Assembly (NCBI GenBank): GCA_020848075.1
Contig: JADLAV010000031.1
Span: 7,026 to 71,025, forward strand
Length of the DNA: 64,000 nt
Source: Burkholderiales bacterium
GTDB lineage: Bacteria > Pseudomonadota > Gammaproteobacteria > Burkholderiales > SG8-39
Direction: 5' to 3'
In this document: positions 20,522 to 30,940 of the stretch, piece after piece
Numbering within the stretch: the first letter of the stretch is position 1
Layout of the letters: each line of letters opens with the position of its first letter
Made by a program: the position numbers and the translations under genes
Notes under the pieces: generated by a model
Told to the model about the DNA's origin: nothing
The model's database searches: none
What the model saw: the letters and a program-made list of their open reading frames with translations, nothing else

Positions 20522-21514
20522 CTACGCGGCCATGTCGATCACGATCCGGCCCTTCACGCGCGCCTCGATGAAATCCTCGAACACTGTCGGCAACTGCTCG
20601 AACGGCACCGTGCGCGTCGCCCCGGCCAGGTGCTTCGGCTGCATGTCGCCGGCGAGGCGCGCCCACACCTTCTGCCGCACCGGCATCTCGCAGTTTGCCG
20701 AATCGACGCCGAGCAGGCTCACGCCGCGCAGGATGAACGGCGCCACGGTCGTGTTGAGCGACATGCTCGCTGCCAGGCCGACGGACGCGATCGGCGCGCC
20801 GATCTGCATCGTGCTCGCCATCCAGGCGAGCACGTCCCCGCCGAGGTTGTCGACCGCGCCGGCCCACGTCGCCTTGTCGAGCGGCTTGATCTTGGCGAGG
20901 TCGAGGCTCGATCGCAGCATCACCTCCCGCGCGCCGATCGACCGCAGGTACTCGGTCTCGTTCTCCTTGCCGGTGAGCGCCACGACGTGGTGCCCCATCC
21001 CGGCGAGAATGTCGATCGCAATCGTGCCCACGCCGCCGGTCGCACCGCTGACGATCACCGGCCCCTTCCCCGGCCGCAACCCCTCGTGCTCCATGCGCAC
21101 CACGGCGAGCCCGGCGGTGAATCCGGCGGTACCGAGCGCCATCGCCTCCCGGAGGGACATGCCCTTCGGCATCGGCACCAACCAGTCCGCCGGCATGCGC
21201 GCGTACTCCGCGTACCCGCCATCGTGCGCAACGCCGATGTCATAGCTCGTCGCGATCACCGCGTCGCCCTGCTTGAAGCGGGCATCACTCGAGGCGACGA
21301 CCGTTCCCGAGAGGTCGATACCGCCGATGCACGGAAAGCGGCGGACGATGCGGCCGGCGCCGGTCGCCGCGAGCGCATCCTTGTAGTTCACGCTCGAGTA
21401 CGCGACCCGCACGACGACGTCGCCGGCGTCCAGCTCGTCGATCGTCGCCTCCTCGAAGCCGGCCACGACCTTCCTGTCGGCTTCGCGCAGCCGATACACC
21501 TTGAACCTGTCCAT
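20522..21514 (-). CDS. acuI: Acrylyl-CoA reductase AcuI/YhdH-type MDR oxidoreductase
   Basis: 330 aa. VRVAYSSVNYKDALA, ..GGYAEYARMPADWLVPMPKG.., and NADPH-binding SGATGGVG match the YhdH/AcuI subfamily of quinone-oxidoreductase-like MDRs. It is upstream of prpE. Confidence 0.75.
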   Translation of the reverse strand: MDRFKVYRLREADRKVVAGFEEATIDELDAGDVVVRVAYSSVNYKDALAATGAGRIVRRFPCIGGIDLSGTVVASSDARFKQGDAVIATSYDIGVAHDGGYAEYARMPADWLVPMPKGMSLREAMALGTAGFTAGLAVVRMEHEGLRPGKGPVIVSGATGGVGTIAIDILAGMGHHVVALTGKENETEYLRSIGAREVMLRSSLDLAKIKPLDKATWAGAVDNLGGDVLAWMASTMQIGAPIASVGLAASMSLNTTVAPFILRGVSLLGVDSANCEMPVRQKVWARLAGDMQPKHLAGATRTVPFEQLPTVFEDFIEARVKGRIVIDMAA

Positions 21515-21568
21515 GCGAAACGTCTCCTCTCTGCCGCGCTTGCCGTGCTCGTGCGCCGCGCCCCCGGC

Positions 21569-22816
21569 TCAGCCGGCGGCGCCTGAATCGTCGCCGGTCC
21601 CGAACGCGGCACCGCCCGCGCCGGTCGCCGCCTCGGGTCGCCGGCTCTGCGCAAGGTACTCCTTCGATCGCATCTCCGCCAAGCGGCTCGCGGTGCGCCG
21701 GAACTCGTGCGCCAGGACCCCTTCGGTGTAGAGCTCGTCTTCGGGCGCCTCCGCCGAGATCACGAGCTTCACCTTGGCTTCGTAGAACACATCCACCAGA
21801 AGCGTGAACCGGCGCGCCTGATCGGCGTCGGCCCGGCTCAAGCGCGGCACGTTCGACAGGATCACGGTGTGAAACCGCTTGGCGAGGTCGAGGTAGTCGA
21901 GCTGCGAGCGCGGTCCGCCGCACAGCGCCTGGAAGTCGAACCACACGACGCCGCCCGCGCGCTTCACATACGGGATGACGCGCCCCTCCACGTCGAGCTC
22001 GTGGTGCTCCTCCTCCACGTCCTTGATCTGGGCGAAAGCGCGCGCGAGCGCTCCCTCGGCGCCCGGCCCGAGCGGCGCGTGATAGATCTCGACCTGCTCC
22101 ATCGCGCGCCTGCGATAGTCCACGCCGCCCTCGACGTGCACGACGTCCAGCCGCTCCTTCAGGAGCGCGATCGTGGGCAGGAACCGGTCGCGCTTCAAGC
22201 CGTGCCGGTAGAGGTGATCGGGGTGATAGTTCGACGTCATGCAGTAGACCACGCCGTAGGCCAGGGTGCGCTCGAGCAGGCGGCCCAGGATCATCGCGTC
22301 CGCGATGTCGTTCACGTGAAACTCGTCGAAGCAGATCAGCCGGTAGCGCCGGGCGATCCGGAGGGCGACCGCATCGAGCGGATCCTCCCGCCCCTTCAGG
22401 TTTTCCATCTCGCGATGCACATCGCGCATGAAGTGATGGAAATGAACCCGCCGCTTGCGCACGAGCGGAACGGTGAGGTAGAAGCTGTCCATCAGGAAGC
22501 TCTTCCCGCGCCCGACGCCGCCCCAGAGGTAGACCCCGCGCGGCAGCGGCGGCTTCACCACCAGGCGCCGCAGCGCGCTGCTGCGCCGCGCCTTGTACGC
22601 GACCCACTGCTCGTAGAGGCGCTGCAGGCGTTGCACCGCCGCGTACTGCGAATCGTCCGCGGCGAAGCCGCGCCGCGCCAGCGCCTCCCGGTAGTAGCCG
22701 GCGACGGTGACCGGCAGATGCCTGGCGGGCTCGGTGTATTCGGTCGCGTCGAACACGCTCCCGCCGAGGGGCGGCAGCGGCTCCCGGTGCTCGTCCTCGA
22801 GGGCGCCGTCGTGCAT
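21569..22816 (-). CDS. zapE: AFG1-family ATPase ZapE (cell division factor)
   Basis: Walker A LWGGVGRGKSFLMD, Walker B LICFDEFHV, AFG1-like length. It starts immediately after the lpd stop (0-nt spacer). Confidence 0.8.
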   Translation of the reverse strand: MHDGALEDEHREPLPPLGGSVFDATEYTEPARHLPVTVAGYYREALARRGFAADDSQYAAVQRLQRLYEQWVAYKARRSSALRRLVVKPPLPRGVYLWGGVGRGKSFLMDSFYLTVPLVRKRRVHFHHFMRDVHREMENLKGREDPLDAVALRIARRYRLICFDEFHVNDIADAMILGRLLERTLAYGVVYCMTSNYHPDHLYRHGLKRDRFLPTIALLKERLDVVHVEGGVDYRRRAMEQVEIYHAPLGPGAEGALARAFAQIKDVEEEHHELDVEGRVIPYVKRAGGVVWFDFQALCGGPRSQLDYLDLAKRFHTVILSNVPRLSRADADQARRFTLLVDVFYEAKVKLVISAEAPEDELYTEGVLAHEFRRTASRLAEMRSKEYLAQSRRPEAATGAGGAAFGTGDDSGAAG

Positions 22817-24247
22817 CTACATGTTCAGCGCCCGGTTGTCCACCGCGAGCGCCGCCTCGTGCAGCACCTCCGAGAGGGACGGATGCGCATGGACGATGCG
22901 CGCGATGTCCTCGGAGCACGCGCGAAACTCCATCGCGACGACCGCCTCGGCAATGAGCTCGGAAGCGTGCGTGTTGATGATGTGGACCCCGAGAATCTCG
23001 TCGGTCTTCGCGTGGGCGAGCATCTTGACGAATCCCTCGGTCTCGTCCTGACCCAGCGCACGGCCGTTGATCGTGAACGGGAACTGCCCGGCCCGGTAGG
23101 GCGTCCCCTCCTCCTTCAGCTGCTGCTCCGTCCGGCCCACCCACGCGATCTCCGGAGACGTGTAGATCACCCACGGGATCGTGTCCAGGTTGACGTGCGC
23201 CTTCTGCCCGGCGATCAGCTCGGCGACCATGACCCCCTCTTCCTCGCCCTTGTGCGCGAGCATCGGCCCGCGCACCACGTCGCCGATGGCAAAGATGTTA
23301 TGCAGGTTGGAGCGGCAGTGGGCGTCGACCTCGATGAAGCCTCTCGCGTCGATCTTGAGGCCCACGTTTTCGGCGCCCAGACCGTCGGTGTTCGGCACCC
23401 GCCCCACGGCGACGACGAGCTTGTCGCATTCCAGCCTCTGCCCTTTGCCGTCCTGCTCGAACTCCACCGTCACGCCCTTCTTGCCCGCATCGACCTTCCC
23501 GATCTGCGCGCCGAGCCGGATGTCGAGCTGCTGCCGGCCGGTAAAGATCTTCCAGGCCGCCTTCGAGACGCTCTCGTCCGCCGCGCCGAGGAAGACCGGC
23601 AATGCCTCCAGCATCGTGACCTGCGCTCCGAGCCGGCGCCACACGCTGCCGAGCTCCAGCCCGATCACGCCGGCCCCGATTACCCCAAGCCGCTTCGGCA
23701 CTTCCTTGAACGCGAGCGCGCCGACGTTGTCGCAGATGGTCTCGTTGTCCACCGGAATCCCCGGCAGATGCCGCGCCTTCGAGCCGGTGGCGATGATCAC
23801 CGCTTTCGCTTCGGCCGTCTCCGCGGGCCCATCGCCCTTCACCTCGATCTGCCACCCGTTCGCGCTCTTGCCGATGAGCGTCCCGTGCCCGCGCAGCCAG
23901 GCGATACCGTTCTTCTTGAACAGGTATTCGATGCCCTTCGTCATCTTCGCGACGATCGCCTCCTTGCGCGCCATCATCCGCGCGACGTCCATCTTCGCGC
24001 CGGACACGGAGATGCCATGGCTCTCGAACTTGCGAGTGACGCGCTCGTAGTTCTCGGAAGACTCGAGGAGCGCCTTGGAGGGAATGCAGCCGACGTTCAG
24101 GCAGGTGCCGCCGAGGGCGCCCTCGCCCTGGGGCGTCTTCCAACTCTCCACGCACGCGCTCTTCATGCCGAGCTGCGCCGCGCGGATGGCGGCGATGTAA
24201 CCGGCGGGGCCGGCGCCGATGACGATCACGTCGAAGGTTTGCGCCAT
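22817..24247 (-). CDS. lpdA: Dihydrolipoyl dehydrogenase (E3)
   Basis: [16 protein letters not shown] motif, redox-active disulfide [14 protein letters not shown]-terminal HAHPSLSE. Start at MAQTFDV (24247). Follows sucB. Confidence 0.93.
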   Translation of the reverse strand: MAQTFDVIVIGAGPAGYIAAIRAAQLGMKSACVESWKTPQGEGALGGTCLNVGCIPSKALLESSENYERVTRKFESHGISVSGAKMDVARMMARKEAIVAKMTKGIEYLFKKNGIAWLRGHGTLIGKSANGWQIEVKGDGPAETAEAKAVIIATGSKARHLPGIPVDNETICDNVGALAFKEVPKRLGVIGAGVIGLELGSVWRRLGAQVTMLEALPVFLGAADESVSKAAWKIFTGRQQLDIRLGAQIGKVDAGKKGVTVEFEQDGKGQRLECDKLVVAVGRVPNTDGLGAENVGLKIDARGFIEVDAHCRSNLHNIFAIGDVVRGPMLAHKGEEEGVMVAELIAGQKAHVNLDTIPWVIYTSPEIAWVGRTEQQLKEEGTPYRAGQFPFTINGRALGQDETEGFVKMLAHAKTDEILGVHIINTHASELIAEAVVAMEFRACSEDIARIVHAHPSLSEVLHEAALAVDNRALNM

Positions 24248-24258
24248 TGTCGATCGCC

Positions 24259-25515
24259 TCACAGGTCGAGCAGCAGCCGCGCCGGATCTTCCAGCGCCTC
24301 CTTGATCGCAACCAGCCCCAGAACGGCCTCGCGGCCGTCGATGATCCGGTGGTCGTAGGAGAGTGCGAGATAGTTCATCGGCCGGATGACGATCTGGCCG
24401 TTCTCGACGACCGGGCGCTCCTTGGTGAGATGGATCCCGAGGATCGCGCTCTGCGGCGGATTGATGATCGGGGTGGACAGCATCGAGCCGAACACCCCGC
24501 CGTTCGAGATCGAGAAAGTGCCCCCGGTGAGCTCCTCGATGCCGAGCTTGCCGCTCTGCGCCCGCTGTCCGAAGTCGGCGATTCTCTTCTCGATCTCCGC
24601 GAGCGGCAGCTGGTCGGCGTCACGCAGGATCGGCACCACCAGGCCGCGCGGGCCGCCGACCGCGATGCCTATGTCGAAGTAGCCGTGGTAGACGATGTCG
24701 TTGCCATCGATCGAGGCGTTGATCACCGGGAACTTGCGCAGCGCGTGCACCGCGGCCTTCACGAAGAAGGACATGAATCCGAGCCGGACGCCGTGCTCCT
24801 TCTCGAAGCGCTCTGCGTACTTCTTGCGCAGCTCGATCACCGCCTGCATGTTGACTTCATTGAACGTGGTGAGGATCGCGGCGGTGCGCTGCGACTGCAC
24901 GAGGCGTTCGGCGACGCGCGCCCGCAGGCGCGACATCGGGACCCGCTGCTCGGGGCGGCCCTCGAGCACTTTTTCAAGGCCGGCGGGGACCGGCGCCGGC
25001 GGCAGGGGCGGGCGCCCAGCGGCGGGTGCGGCAGCAGGCGCCTCGGCGCCGGGGCGCACCCCCTGCTCCATGACATCGGCCTTGGTCACGCGCCCGGCCC
25101 GGCCGCTGCCCGCGATCTTCGTGGTGTCGACGCCCTGCTCTTCGACCATCTTGCGCGCCGCCGGCATCAAGCGCGGATCGGCGCGCGCGGCCTCCGGCGA
25201 CGGCGCCGGCGTCGGCTGCACCGCGGCCGGCGCGGCACGGACGCCCGCGGCGGCCGGCGGCGCTGCGGCCGCCTTCGCGTCGGTATCGATCTGCGCGATC
25301 GTCTCGCCCGCGACGACCGCGCCGCCATCGCCCTTCAGGATCCTCGTGATCACGCCGTCGGCGGGCGCCGGCAGCTCGAGCACCACCTTGTCGGTCTCGA
25401 TGTCGATGAGGTTCTCGTCGCGCTTGACGGCCTCGCCTTCCTGCTTGTGCCATGAGAGCAGCGTTGCCTCGGAGACCGACTCCGAGAGCTGCGGCACTTT
25501 CACTTCGACCAGCAT
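24259..25515 (-). CDS. sucB: Dihydrolipoamide succinyltransferase (E2 of 2-oxoglutarate dehydrogenase)
   Basis: Lipoyl domain ([13 protein letters not shown]), Ala/Pro-rich linker, E3-binding domain (PAARKM), catalytic domain with [12 protein letters not shown]. Confidence 0.93.
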   Translation of the reverse strand: MLVEVKVPQLSESVSEATLLSWHKQEGEAVKRDENLIDIETDKVVLELPAPADGVITRILKGDGGAVVAGETIAQIDTDAKAAAAPPAAAGVRAAPAAVQPTPAPSPEAARADPRLMPAARKMVEEQGVDTTKIAGSGRAGRVTKADVMEQGVRPGAEAPAAAPAAGRPPLPPAPVPAGLEKVLEGRPEQRVPMSRLRARVAERLVQSQRTAAILTTFNEVNMQAVIELRKKYAERFEKEHGVRLGFMSFFVKAAVHALRKFPVINASIDGNDIVYHGYFDIGIAVGGPRGLVVPILRDADQLPLAEIEKRIADFGQRAQSGKLGIEELTGGTFSISNGGVFGSMLSTPIINPPQSAILGIHLTKERPVVENGQIVIRPMNYLALSYDHRIIDGREAVLGLVAIKEALEDPARLLLDL

Positions 25516-25732
25516 GATCGCTCCGATTCGTTTCGCCGCGCTCGGCCAAGCCTTGCCGCGGCGTTGCCAAACAGATGCACCCCGGGTGCACGGACCGAAC
25601 CCGCCACGGGACTTTCGTGACGTGCTCGAGGCGCCGCCTCAGGCAGCGCCCGGATCAATGCGACGGACCATGCCGTCGCCTGCCTCGTGGACGTTTCTCC
25701 GTGGTCGCCTTCTCCTTCGCGGGCTCCCGCAG

Positions 25733-28576
25733 TCACCCTTTGAACCGGCCGAACGCCATGTCGACGAGCTTCTTCTGCTGCTCGTTGTGCATCGCCGTGT
25801 AGCCCACCGCCGGCGAGGCGGACGACGGGCGCCCAGCGTAGTAGAGCTTCTGGTCCGACCGGATGTTCTCGACCAGGTAATGCTGGGTCTGGTACCAGGC
25901 GCCCTGGTTCTGGGGCTCTTCCTGGCACCACACCACTTCGGTGGCATTGGGATAGCGCTTGATCTCGGCGGCGAACTGCTTGTGCGGGAAAGGGTACAGC
26001 TGCTCGATCCGGATGATCGCGGTGTTCTCGAGCCGCCGCTCCCGCCGCGCCGCCAGCAGATCGTAGTAGACCTTGCCGCTGCATATGACCACCCGCGCGA
26101 CGGCCTTCGGCTCGAGCCCGTCGATCTCGCCGATCACGGTCTGGAAGCCGCCCCTCGCGAGCTCGCGCAGGCTGGATGCGGCTTCGGGCTTTCGCAGCAG
26201 CGACTTCGGCGTCAGGATGACGAGCGGCTTGCGAACCGGGCGCAGCATCTGCCGGCGCAGCAGATGGAAGATCTGCGCGGGCGTGGTCGGCACGCACACC
26301 TGGATGTTGTGCTCCGCGGTGAGCTGGAGGTAACGCTCGAGCCTGGCCGAAGAGTGCTCGGGGCCCTGGCCCTCGTAGCCGTGCGGCAGCATGAGGACCA
26401 GGCCGCACATGCGGCCCCACTTCGACTCGCCCGAGGCGATGAACTGATCGATGACGACCTGCGCACCGTTCGCGAAGTCGCCGAACTGCGCCTCCCAGAT
26501 CACGAGGTCGTGCGGCTCGGCGCAGGCGTAGCCGTACTCGAAGCCGAGCACCGCCTCCTCCGAGAGCACCGAATCGATCACCACGAAGTCGGCCTGGTTC
26601 TCCTGCAGGTTCGAGAGCGGCACGTAGCTCCCGGCATCCCAGCGCTCGCGGTTCTGGTCGTGCAGCACGGCGTGGCGATGCGCGAACGTGCCGCGCCCCG
26701 AGTCCTGGCCGGAGATCCGGACGCCGTAGCCGGACACGAGCAGCGACGCGTAGGCGAGCGTCTCGCCCATGCCCCAGTCGAGCATCTTCTTGCCCTTGCC
26801 CATCTCGCGGCGCGCGAGCATCACGCGCTCGACCGCCGGATGCAGCTTGAACTCCGGCGGCACCGCGGTTACCTGCTCGGCGAGGCGTCTCAGCTCTTCG
26901 AGCGGCACCGAGGTGTCGGCCTGGTCGGTCCATTTCGTGTTCTGATACGGCGACCAGTCCACTGCGTACTTGCGCTGGAAGTTCGTGAGCACCGGGCTCG
27001 ACGTGTGCCGGCCCTCGTCGAGCGCCTGCCGGTAGGATGCGATCAGCTGCTCGGCCGCGCCGGCCTCGATCACCCCCTCCGCCTCGAGCTTCTCCGCGTA
27101 GAGGCGGCGCGTCCCGGCGTGCTGAGCGATCTTCTTGTACATGAGCGGCTGCGTGACCGACGGCTCGTCCTGCTCGTTGTGGCCCAGCCGCCGGAAGCAC
27201 ACCAGGTCGATCACGACGTCGCGCTTGAACTCCCTGCGGTAGTCCATGGCGAGCTGCGTGACGAAGAGCGCGGCCTCGGGATCGTCGGCGTTCACGTGCA
27301 GGATCGGCGCCTCCACCATCTTCGCGACGTCGCTGCAATAGGTCGTCGAGCGCACGTCGCGCACGTCCGACGTCGTGAACCCGATCTGGTTGTTCACGAT
27401 GATGTGCACAGTTCCGCCGGTCGAGTAGCCGCGCGTCTGCGACAGGTTCAGGGTCTCCATCACCACGCCCTGGCCGGCGAAGGCGGCGTCGCCGTGCAGC
27501 AGGAGCGAGAGGACCCGATCGCCGGTGCGATCCTTGCGCCGATGCTGGCGGGCCCGCACCGACCCCTCGATCACGGGATTCACGATCTCGAGATGCGACG
27601 GGTTGAAGGCGAGCGTCAAGTGAACCGGACCGCCGGGAGTCGAGACGTCGGAAGAGAACCCGTTGTGGTACTTGACGTCGCCCGAGGAGAGTTCGGCGAC
27701 GTGCTTGCCCTCGAACTCGGCGAAGAGATCCTGGGGCGTCCGCCCGAGCGTGTTCACCAGCACGTTCAGCCGCCCGCGGTGCGCCATCCCGATCACGAGC
27801 TCCTCGATGCCGTAACTGCCCGCCCGCTGGACGATCTCGTCCATCACGGCGATCAGCGTTTCGCCGCCCTCGAGCGAGAAGCGCTTCTGGCCGACATAGC
27901 GCGTGTGCAAGTACTTCTCCAGCGTCTCGGCGGCGGTGATCCGCTCGAGGATCCGGCGTTTCTGTTCGGCGGCAAAGGCGAACTTCCCGCGCACCGGCTC
28001 GAGCCGGCTCTGGATCCAGCGCTTCTGCGCCGGGTCCGAGACGTACATGTATTCCGTGCCGATCGTCGCTGTGTACGTGTCGCGCAGGATCTGCAGGATC
28101 TCCCGGAGCGTCGCCTCCTCCGGACCGACTAGGGTTCCGGTGTTGAACACCGTTTCCATGTCGGCTTCGGTGAGGTCGTAGAACGCCGGCTCGAGCTCCG
28201 GGATCTGCGGGCGCGGCATGCGCTTCAGCGGATCGAGCTGCGCCCAGCGCGAGCCGAGCGTGCGGTACGCGGCAATGAGCAGCAGGACATAGACCTGCTT
28301 GCGGTCGCTGGCGCGCGCCGCGGCAGGCGCGCGGCCGAGCGTGCCTTGCCGGGCGCGCTGCGCGAACGACTCGACCACCGACGCGTGCGCGACGTCGCGT
28401 CCGGCGTAGCCGCCCTCGGCGCCGCCGGGCACGAGCTGGAGCTTGTCGAAGTACTCGCGCCAGCTCTCCGGGACTGCCTGCGGGTTGCCGAGGTAGGTCT
28501 CATAGAGCTCCTCGACGAATGCGGCGTTCCCGCCGAAGAGATAGGAGCTCGCCTGGAACTGCTTCATCACGCTCAT
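25733..28576 (-). CDS. sucA: 2-oxoglutarate dehydrogenase E1 component
   Basis: 947 aa, MSVMKQFQASSYLFGGNAAFVEELYE.., with a ThDP-dependent E1o layout (GMAHRGRLNVL, LHGDAAFAGQG, WEAQFGDFANGAQ). Confidence 0.95.
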   Translation of the reverse strand: MSVMKQFQASSYLFGGNAAFVEELYETYLGNPQAVPESWREYFDKLQLVPGGAEGGYAGRDVAHASVVESFAQRARQGTLGRAPAAARASDRKQVYVLLLIAAYRTLGSRWAQLDPLKRMPRPQIPELEPAFYDLTEADMETVFNTGTLVGPEEATLREILQILRDTYTATIGTEYMYVSDPAQKRWIQSRLEPVRGKFAFAAEQKRRILERITAAETLEKYLHTRYVGQKRFSLEGGETLIAVMDEIVQRAGSYGIEELVIGMAHRGRLNVLVNTLGRTPQDLFAEFEGKHVAELSSGDVKYHNGFSSDVSTPGGPVHLTLAFNPSHLEIVNPVIEGSVRARQHRRKDRTGDRVLSLLLHGDAAFAGQGVVMETLNLSQTRGYSTGGTVHIIVNNQIGFTTSDVRDVRSTTYCSDVAKMVEAPILHVNADDPEAALFVTQLAMDYRREFKRDVVIDLVCFRRLGHNEQDEPSVTQPLMYKKIAQHAGTRRLYAEKLEAEGVIEAGAAEQLIASYRQALDEGRHTSSPVLTNFQRKYAVDWSPYQNTKWTDQADTSVPLEELRRLAEQVTAVPPEFKLHPAVERVMLARREMGKGKKMLDWGMGETLAYASLLVSGYGVRISGQDSGRGTFAHRHAVLHDQNRERWDAGSYVPLSNLQENQADFVVIDSVLSEEAVLGFEYGYACAEPHDLVIWEAQFGDFANGAQVVIDQFIASGESKWGRMCGLVLMLPHGYEGQGPEHSSARLERYLQLTAEHNIQVCVPTTPAQIFHLLRRQMLRPVRKPLVILTPKSLLRKPEAASSLRELARGGFQTVIGEIDGLEPKAVARVVICSGKVYYDLLAARRERRLENTAIIRIEQLYPFPHKQFAAEIKRYPNATEVVWCQEEPQNQGAWYQTQHYLVENIRSDQKLYYAGRPSSASPAVGYTAMHNEQQKKLVDMAFGRFKG

Positions 28577-28604
28577 TGCGGGATCGACCTCGCCGGAAGG
28601 TGCG

Positions 28605-29897
28605 TCAGGCGCGCTTGCCCATCGGCACGACGTCGCGTCTCGTGGCGCCCGTATAGAGCTGGCGCGGGCGGCCGATCTTCTGCTCCGGATCGGAGATCAT
28701 CTCGTTCCACTGCGCGATCCAGCCGACGGTGCGGGCGAGCGCGAAGATGCCGGTGAAGAGGTTGGTCGGGATGCCGAGCGCACGCTGCACGATGCCGGAG
28801 TAGAAGTCGACGTTCGGATAGAGCTTGCGGCTGACGAAGTAGTCGTCCTCGAGCGCGATCTTCTCGAGCGCCATCGCGAGCTTGAACAGCCGGTCGTTCG
28901 CGAGCCCGAGCTCCGCGAGGACCTCGTAGCAGGTTTCGCGCATGAGCTTCGCGCGCGGGTCGTAGTGCTTGTAGACCCGATGGCCGAAGCCCATCAGCTT
29001 CACGCCCGAGTTCTTGTCCTTCACCCGCGCGATGAAGTCCGGGATCTTCGAGACATCGCCGATCCGTTCGAGCATGGCAAGCGCGGCCTCGTTCGCGCCG
29101 CCGTGCGCGGGGCCCCACAGGCAGGCGATGCCCGCCGCGATGCACGCGAACGGGTTCGCCCCGGACGAGCCCGCCAGCCGCACCGTGGAAGTCGAGGCGT
29201 TCTGCTCGTGATCGGCGTGCAGGATCAGGATCCGGTCGAGCGCCCGCACCAGCACCGGGTTCGGTTCGTACTTCTCGCACGGCGTCGCGAACATCATGTG
29301 CATGAAGTTCGCGGTGTAGGAGAGCTCGTTCCGCGGATACATGAACGGCTGGCCCATGTTGTACTTGTAGGCCATCGCGACGATGGTCGGCAGCTTGGCG
29401 ATCAGGCGGATCGCCGCGATCACGCGGTGCTCCGGGTCGTTGATGTCGAGCGAGTCATGGTAGAAAGCGGACAACGCGCCGACCACGCCGACGAGCGAGG
29501 CCATCGGGTGCGCGTCGCGGCGGAACCCCTGGAAGAAGCGCGCCAGCTGCTCGTGCACCATCGTGTGGCGCTTCACGCGCATCACCCAGTCGTCGTACTG
29601 CGCCTGGTTCGGCAGCTCGCCGTGCTTGATCAGATACGCGACCTCCAGGAAGTCGCACTGCACGGCGAGCTCCTCGATCGGGTAGCCGCGGTAGAGCAGA
29701 ATCCCCTGGTCGCCGTCGATGTAGGTGATCGCGGATTTCGTGCTCCCGGTCGACGTGTATCCCGGGTCGTACGTGAACATTCCGGTCTCGGAATACAGCG
29801 TGCGGATGTCGATGACGTCCGGTCCCACCGATCCCTTCAGGACCGGGAACTCCGCCGCCCTTCCGTTGCCCCAGGTCAACGTCGCCTTCTCACTCAT
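28605..29897 (-). CDS. gltA: Citrate synthase (type II)
   Basis: [12 protein letters not shown].., [19 protein letters not shown]. Start at ATG 29897 is preceded by GAAGGAGA; the track start at 29933 is probably too long. Confidence 0.93.
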   Translation of the reverse strand: MSEKATLTWGNGRAAEFPVLKGSVGPDVIDIRTLYSETGMFTYDPGYTSTGSTKSAITYIDGDQGILLYRGYPIEELAVQCDFLEVAYLIKHGELPNQAQYDDWVMRVKRHTMVHEQLARFFQGFRRDAHPMASLVGVVGALSAFYHDSLDINDPEHRVIAAIRLIAKLPTIVAMAYKYNMGQPFMYPRNELSYTANFMHMMFATPCEKYEPNPVLVRALDRILILHADHEQNASTSTVRLAGSSGANPFACIAAGIACLWGPAHGGANEAALAMLERIGDVSKIPDFIARVKDKNSGVKLMGFGHRVYKHYDPRAKLMRETCYEVLAELGLANDRLFKLAMALEKIALEDDYFVSRKLYPNVDFYSGIVQRALGIPTNLFTGIFALARTVGWIAQWNEMISDPEQKIGRPRQLYTGATRRDVVPMGKRA

Positions 29898-29953
29898 CGA
29901 ATTCTCCTTCGCGTCTTGCGCCGACTGCCGCATTTACGCCGCACGCTTCCGCG

Positions 29954-30229
29954 CTAGGCCTCTCGCAGCATCCTCACCACCGGCTCCAGCCGCGGATCGC
30001 CGCACTCGCGCCGGCCGCTCAGCAGGTCCCATAAATCATTATCGCCGAGCTCGAGCAGCGCGTTCAGCTGCGCCAGCCGGTCCGCGTCGAGCGCGACCAC
30101 GTGCCGGTCGAGAAACCGCTGCAGCACGAGGTCATTTTCAAGCATGCCGCGGCGGCAGCGCCACCGCAACCGGCGCAATTCCGAATCGCTCACGCGCCCG
30201 CTCACGCCCTGTCTCGACAGTGTCGCCAC
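29954..30229 (-). CDS. sdhE: Succinate dehydrogenase flavinylation/assembly factor SdhE (YgfY family)
   Basis: 91 aa with the RGMLE motif (WRCRRGMLENDLVLQRF) and ..LLELGDNDLWDLL... It is located between sdhB and gltA. Confidence 0.8.
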   Translation of the reverse strand: MATLSRQGVSGRVSDSELRRLRWRCRRGMLENDLVLQRFLDRHVVALDADRLAQLNALLELGDNDLWDLLSGRRECGDPRLEPVVRMLREA

Positions 30230-30233
30230 GCAC

Positions 30234-30929
30234 TCAAACGGTGCGCCTCACCATCATTTCCTTGATCTTTCCGATTGCCCGCGTCGGATTCAGATTCTTG
30301 GGGCAGGCGTCGACGCAGTTCATGATGGTATGGCAGCGGAACAGGCGGTACGGATCCTCGAGGTCGTCCAGCCGCGCGTTCGCCGCCTGGTCGCGGCTGT
30401 CGGCGAGGAATCGGTAGGCGTTCAGGAGGCCGGCCGGGCCGACGAACTTGTCCGGATTCCACCAGAACGAAGGGCAGGACGTCGAGCAGCACGCGCACAG
30501 GATGCATTCGTACAGCCCGTCGAGCTCGGCGCGATCTGCGGGCGACTGCAGTCGCTCCAGCTCGGGCGACGGGTCGTTGTTCACGAGGTAGGGCTTGATC
30601 GAGTGATACTGGTGAAAGAACTGGGTCATGTCGACGATCAAGTCGCGGACGACCGGCAATCCCGGCAAGGGTCGCAGCTCGACCGGCTCCCTCAGCTCGG
30701 CGATCCGGGTGATGCAGGCGAGCCCATTCTTCCCGTTGATGTTCATCGCATCGGAGCCGCAGACCCCCTCGCGGCAGGAGCGCCGGAAGGCGAAACTGTC
30801 GTCCAGCGCCTTCACCTTGACCAGCAGGTCGAGCAGCATGCGGTCGGTCGGCTCGACCGGAACGTCGTAGTCCTTCATGTACGGCCTGGCGTCCTGGTCC
30901 GGGTCGTAGCGGTAGATCGAAATGCGCAT
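30234..30929 (-). CDS. sdhB: Succinate dehydrogenase iron-sulfur subunit
   Basis: MRISIYRYDPDQDARPYMKDYDV..; 2Fe-2S motif SCREGVCGSDAMNING; 4Fe-4S and 3Fe-4S motifs CILCACCSTSCPS and CHTIMNCVDACPK. The track ORF 30234..32918 is an in-frame upstream read-through. Confidence 0.93.
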   Translation of the reverse strand: MRISIYRYDPDQDARPYMKDYDVPVEPTDRMLLDLLVKVKALDDSFAFRRSCREGVCGSDAMNINGKNGLACITRIAELREPVELRPLPGLPVVRDLIVDMTQFFHQYHSIKPYLVNNDPSPELERLQSPADRAELDGLYECILCACCSTSCPSFWWNPDKFVGPAGLLNAYRFLADSRDQAANARLDDLEDPYRLFRCHTIMNCVDACPKNLNPTRAIGKIKEMMVRRTV

Positions 30930-30940
30930 GGCGGCTCTCG

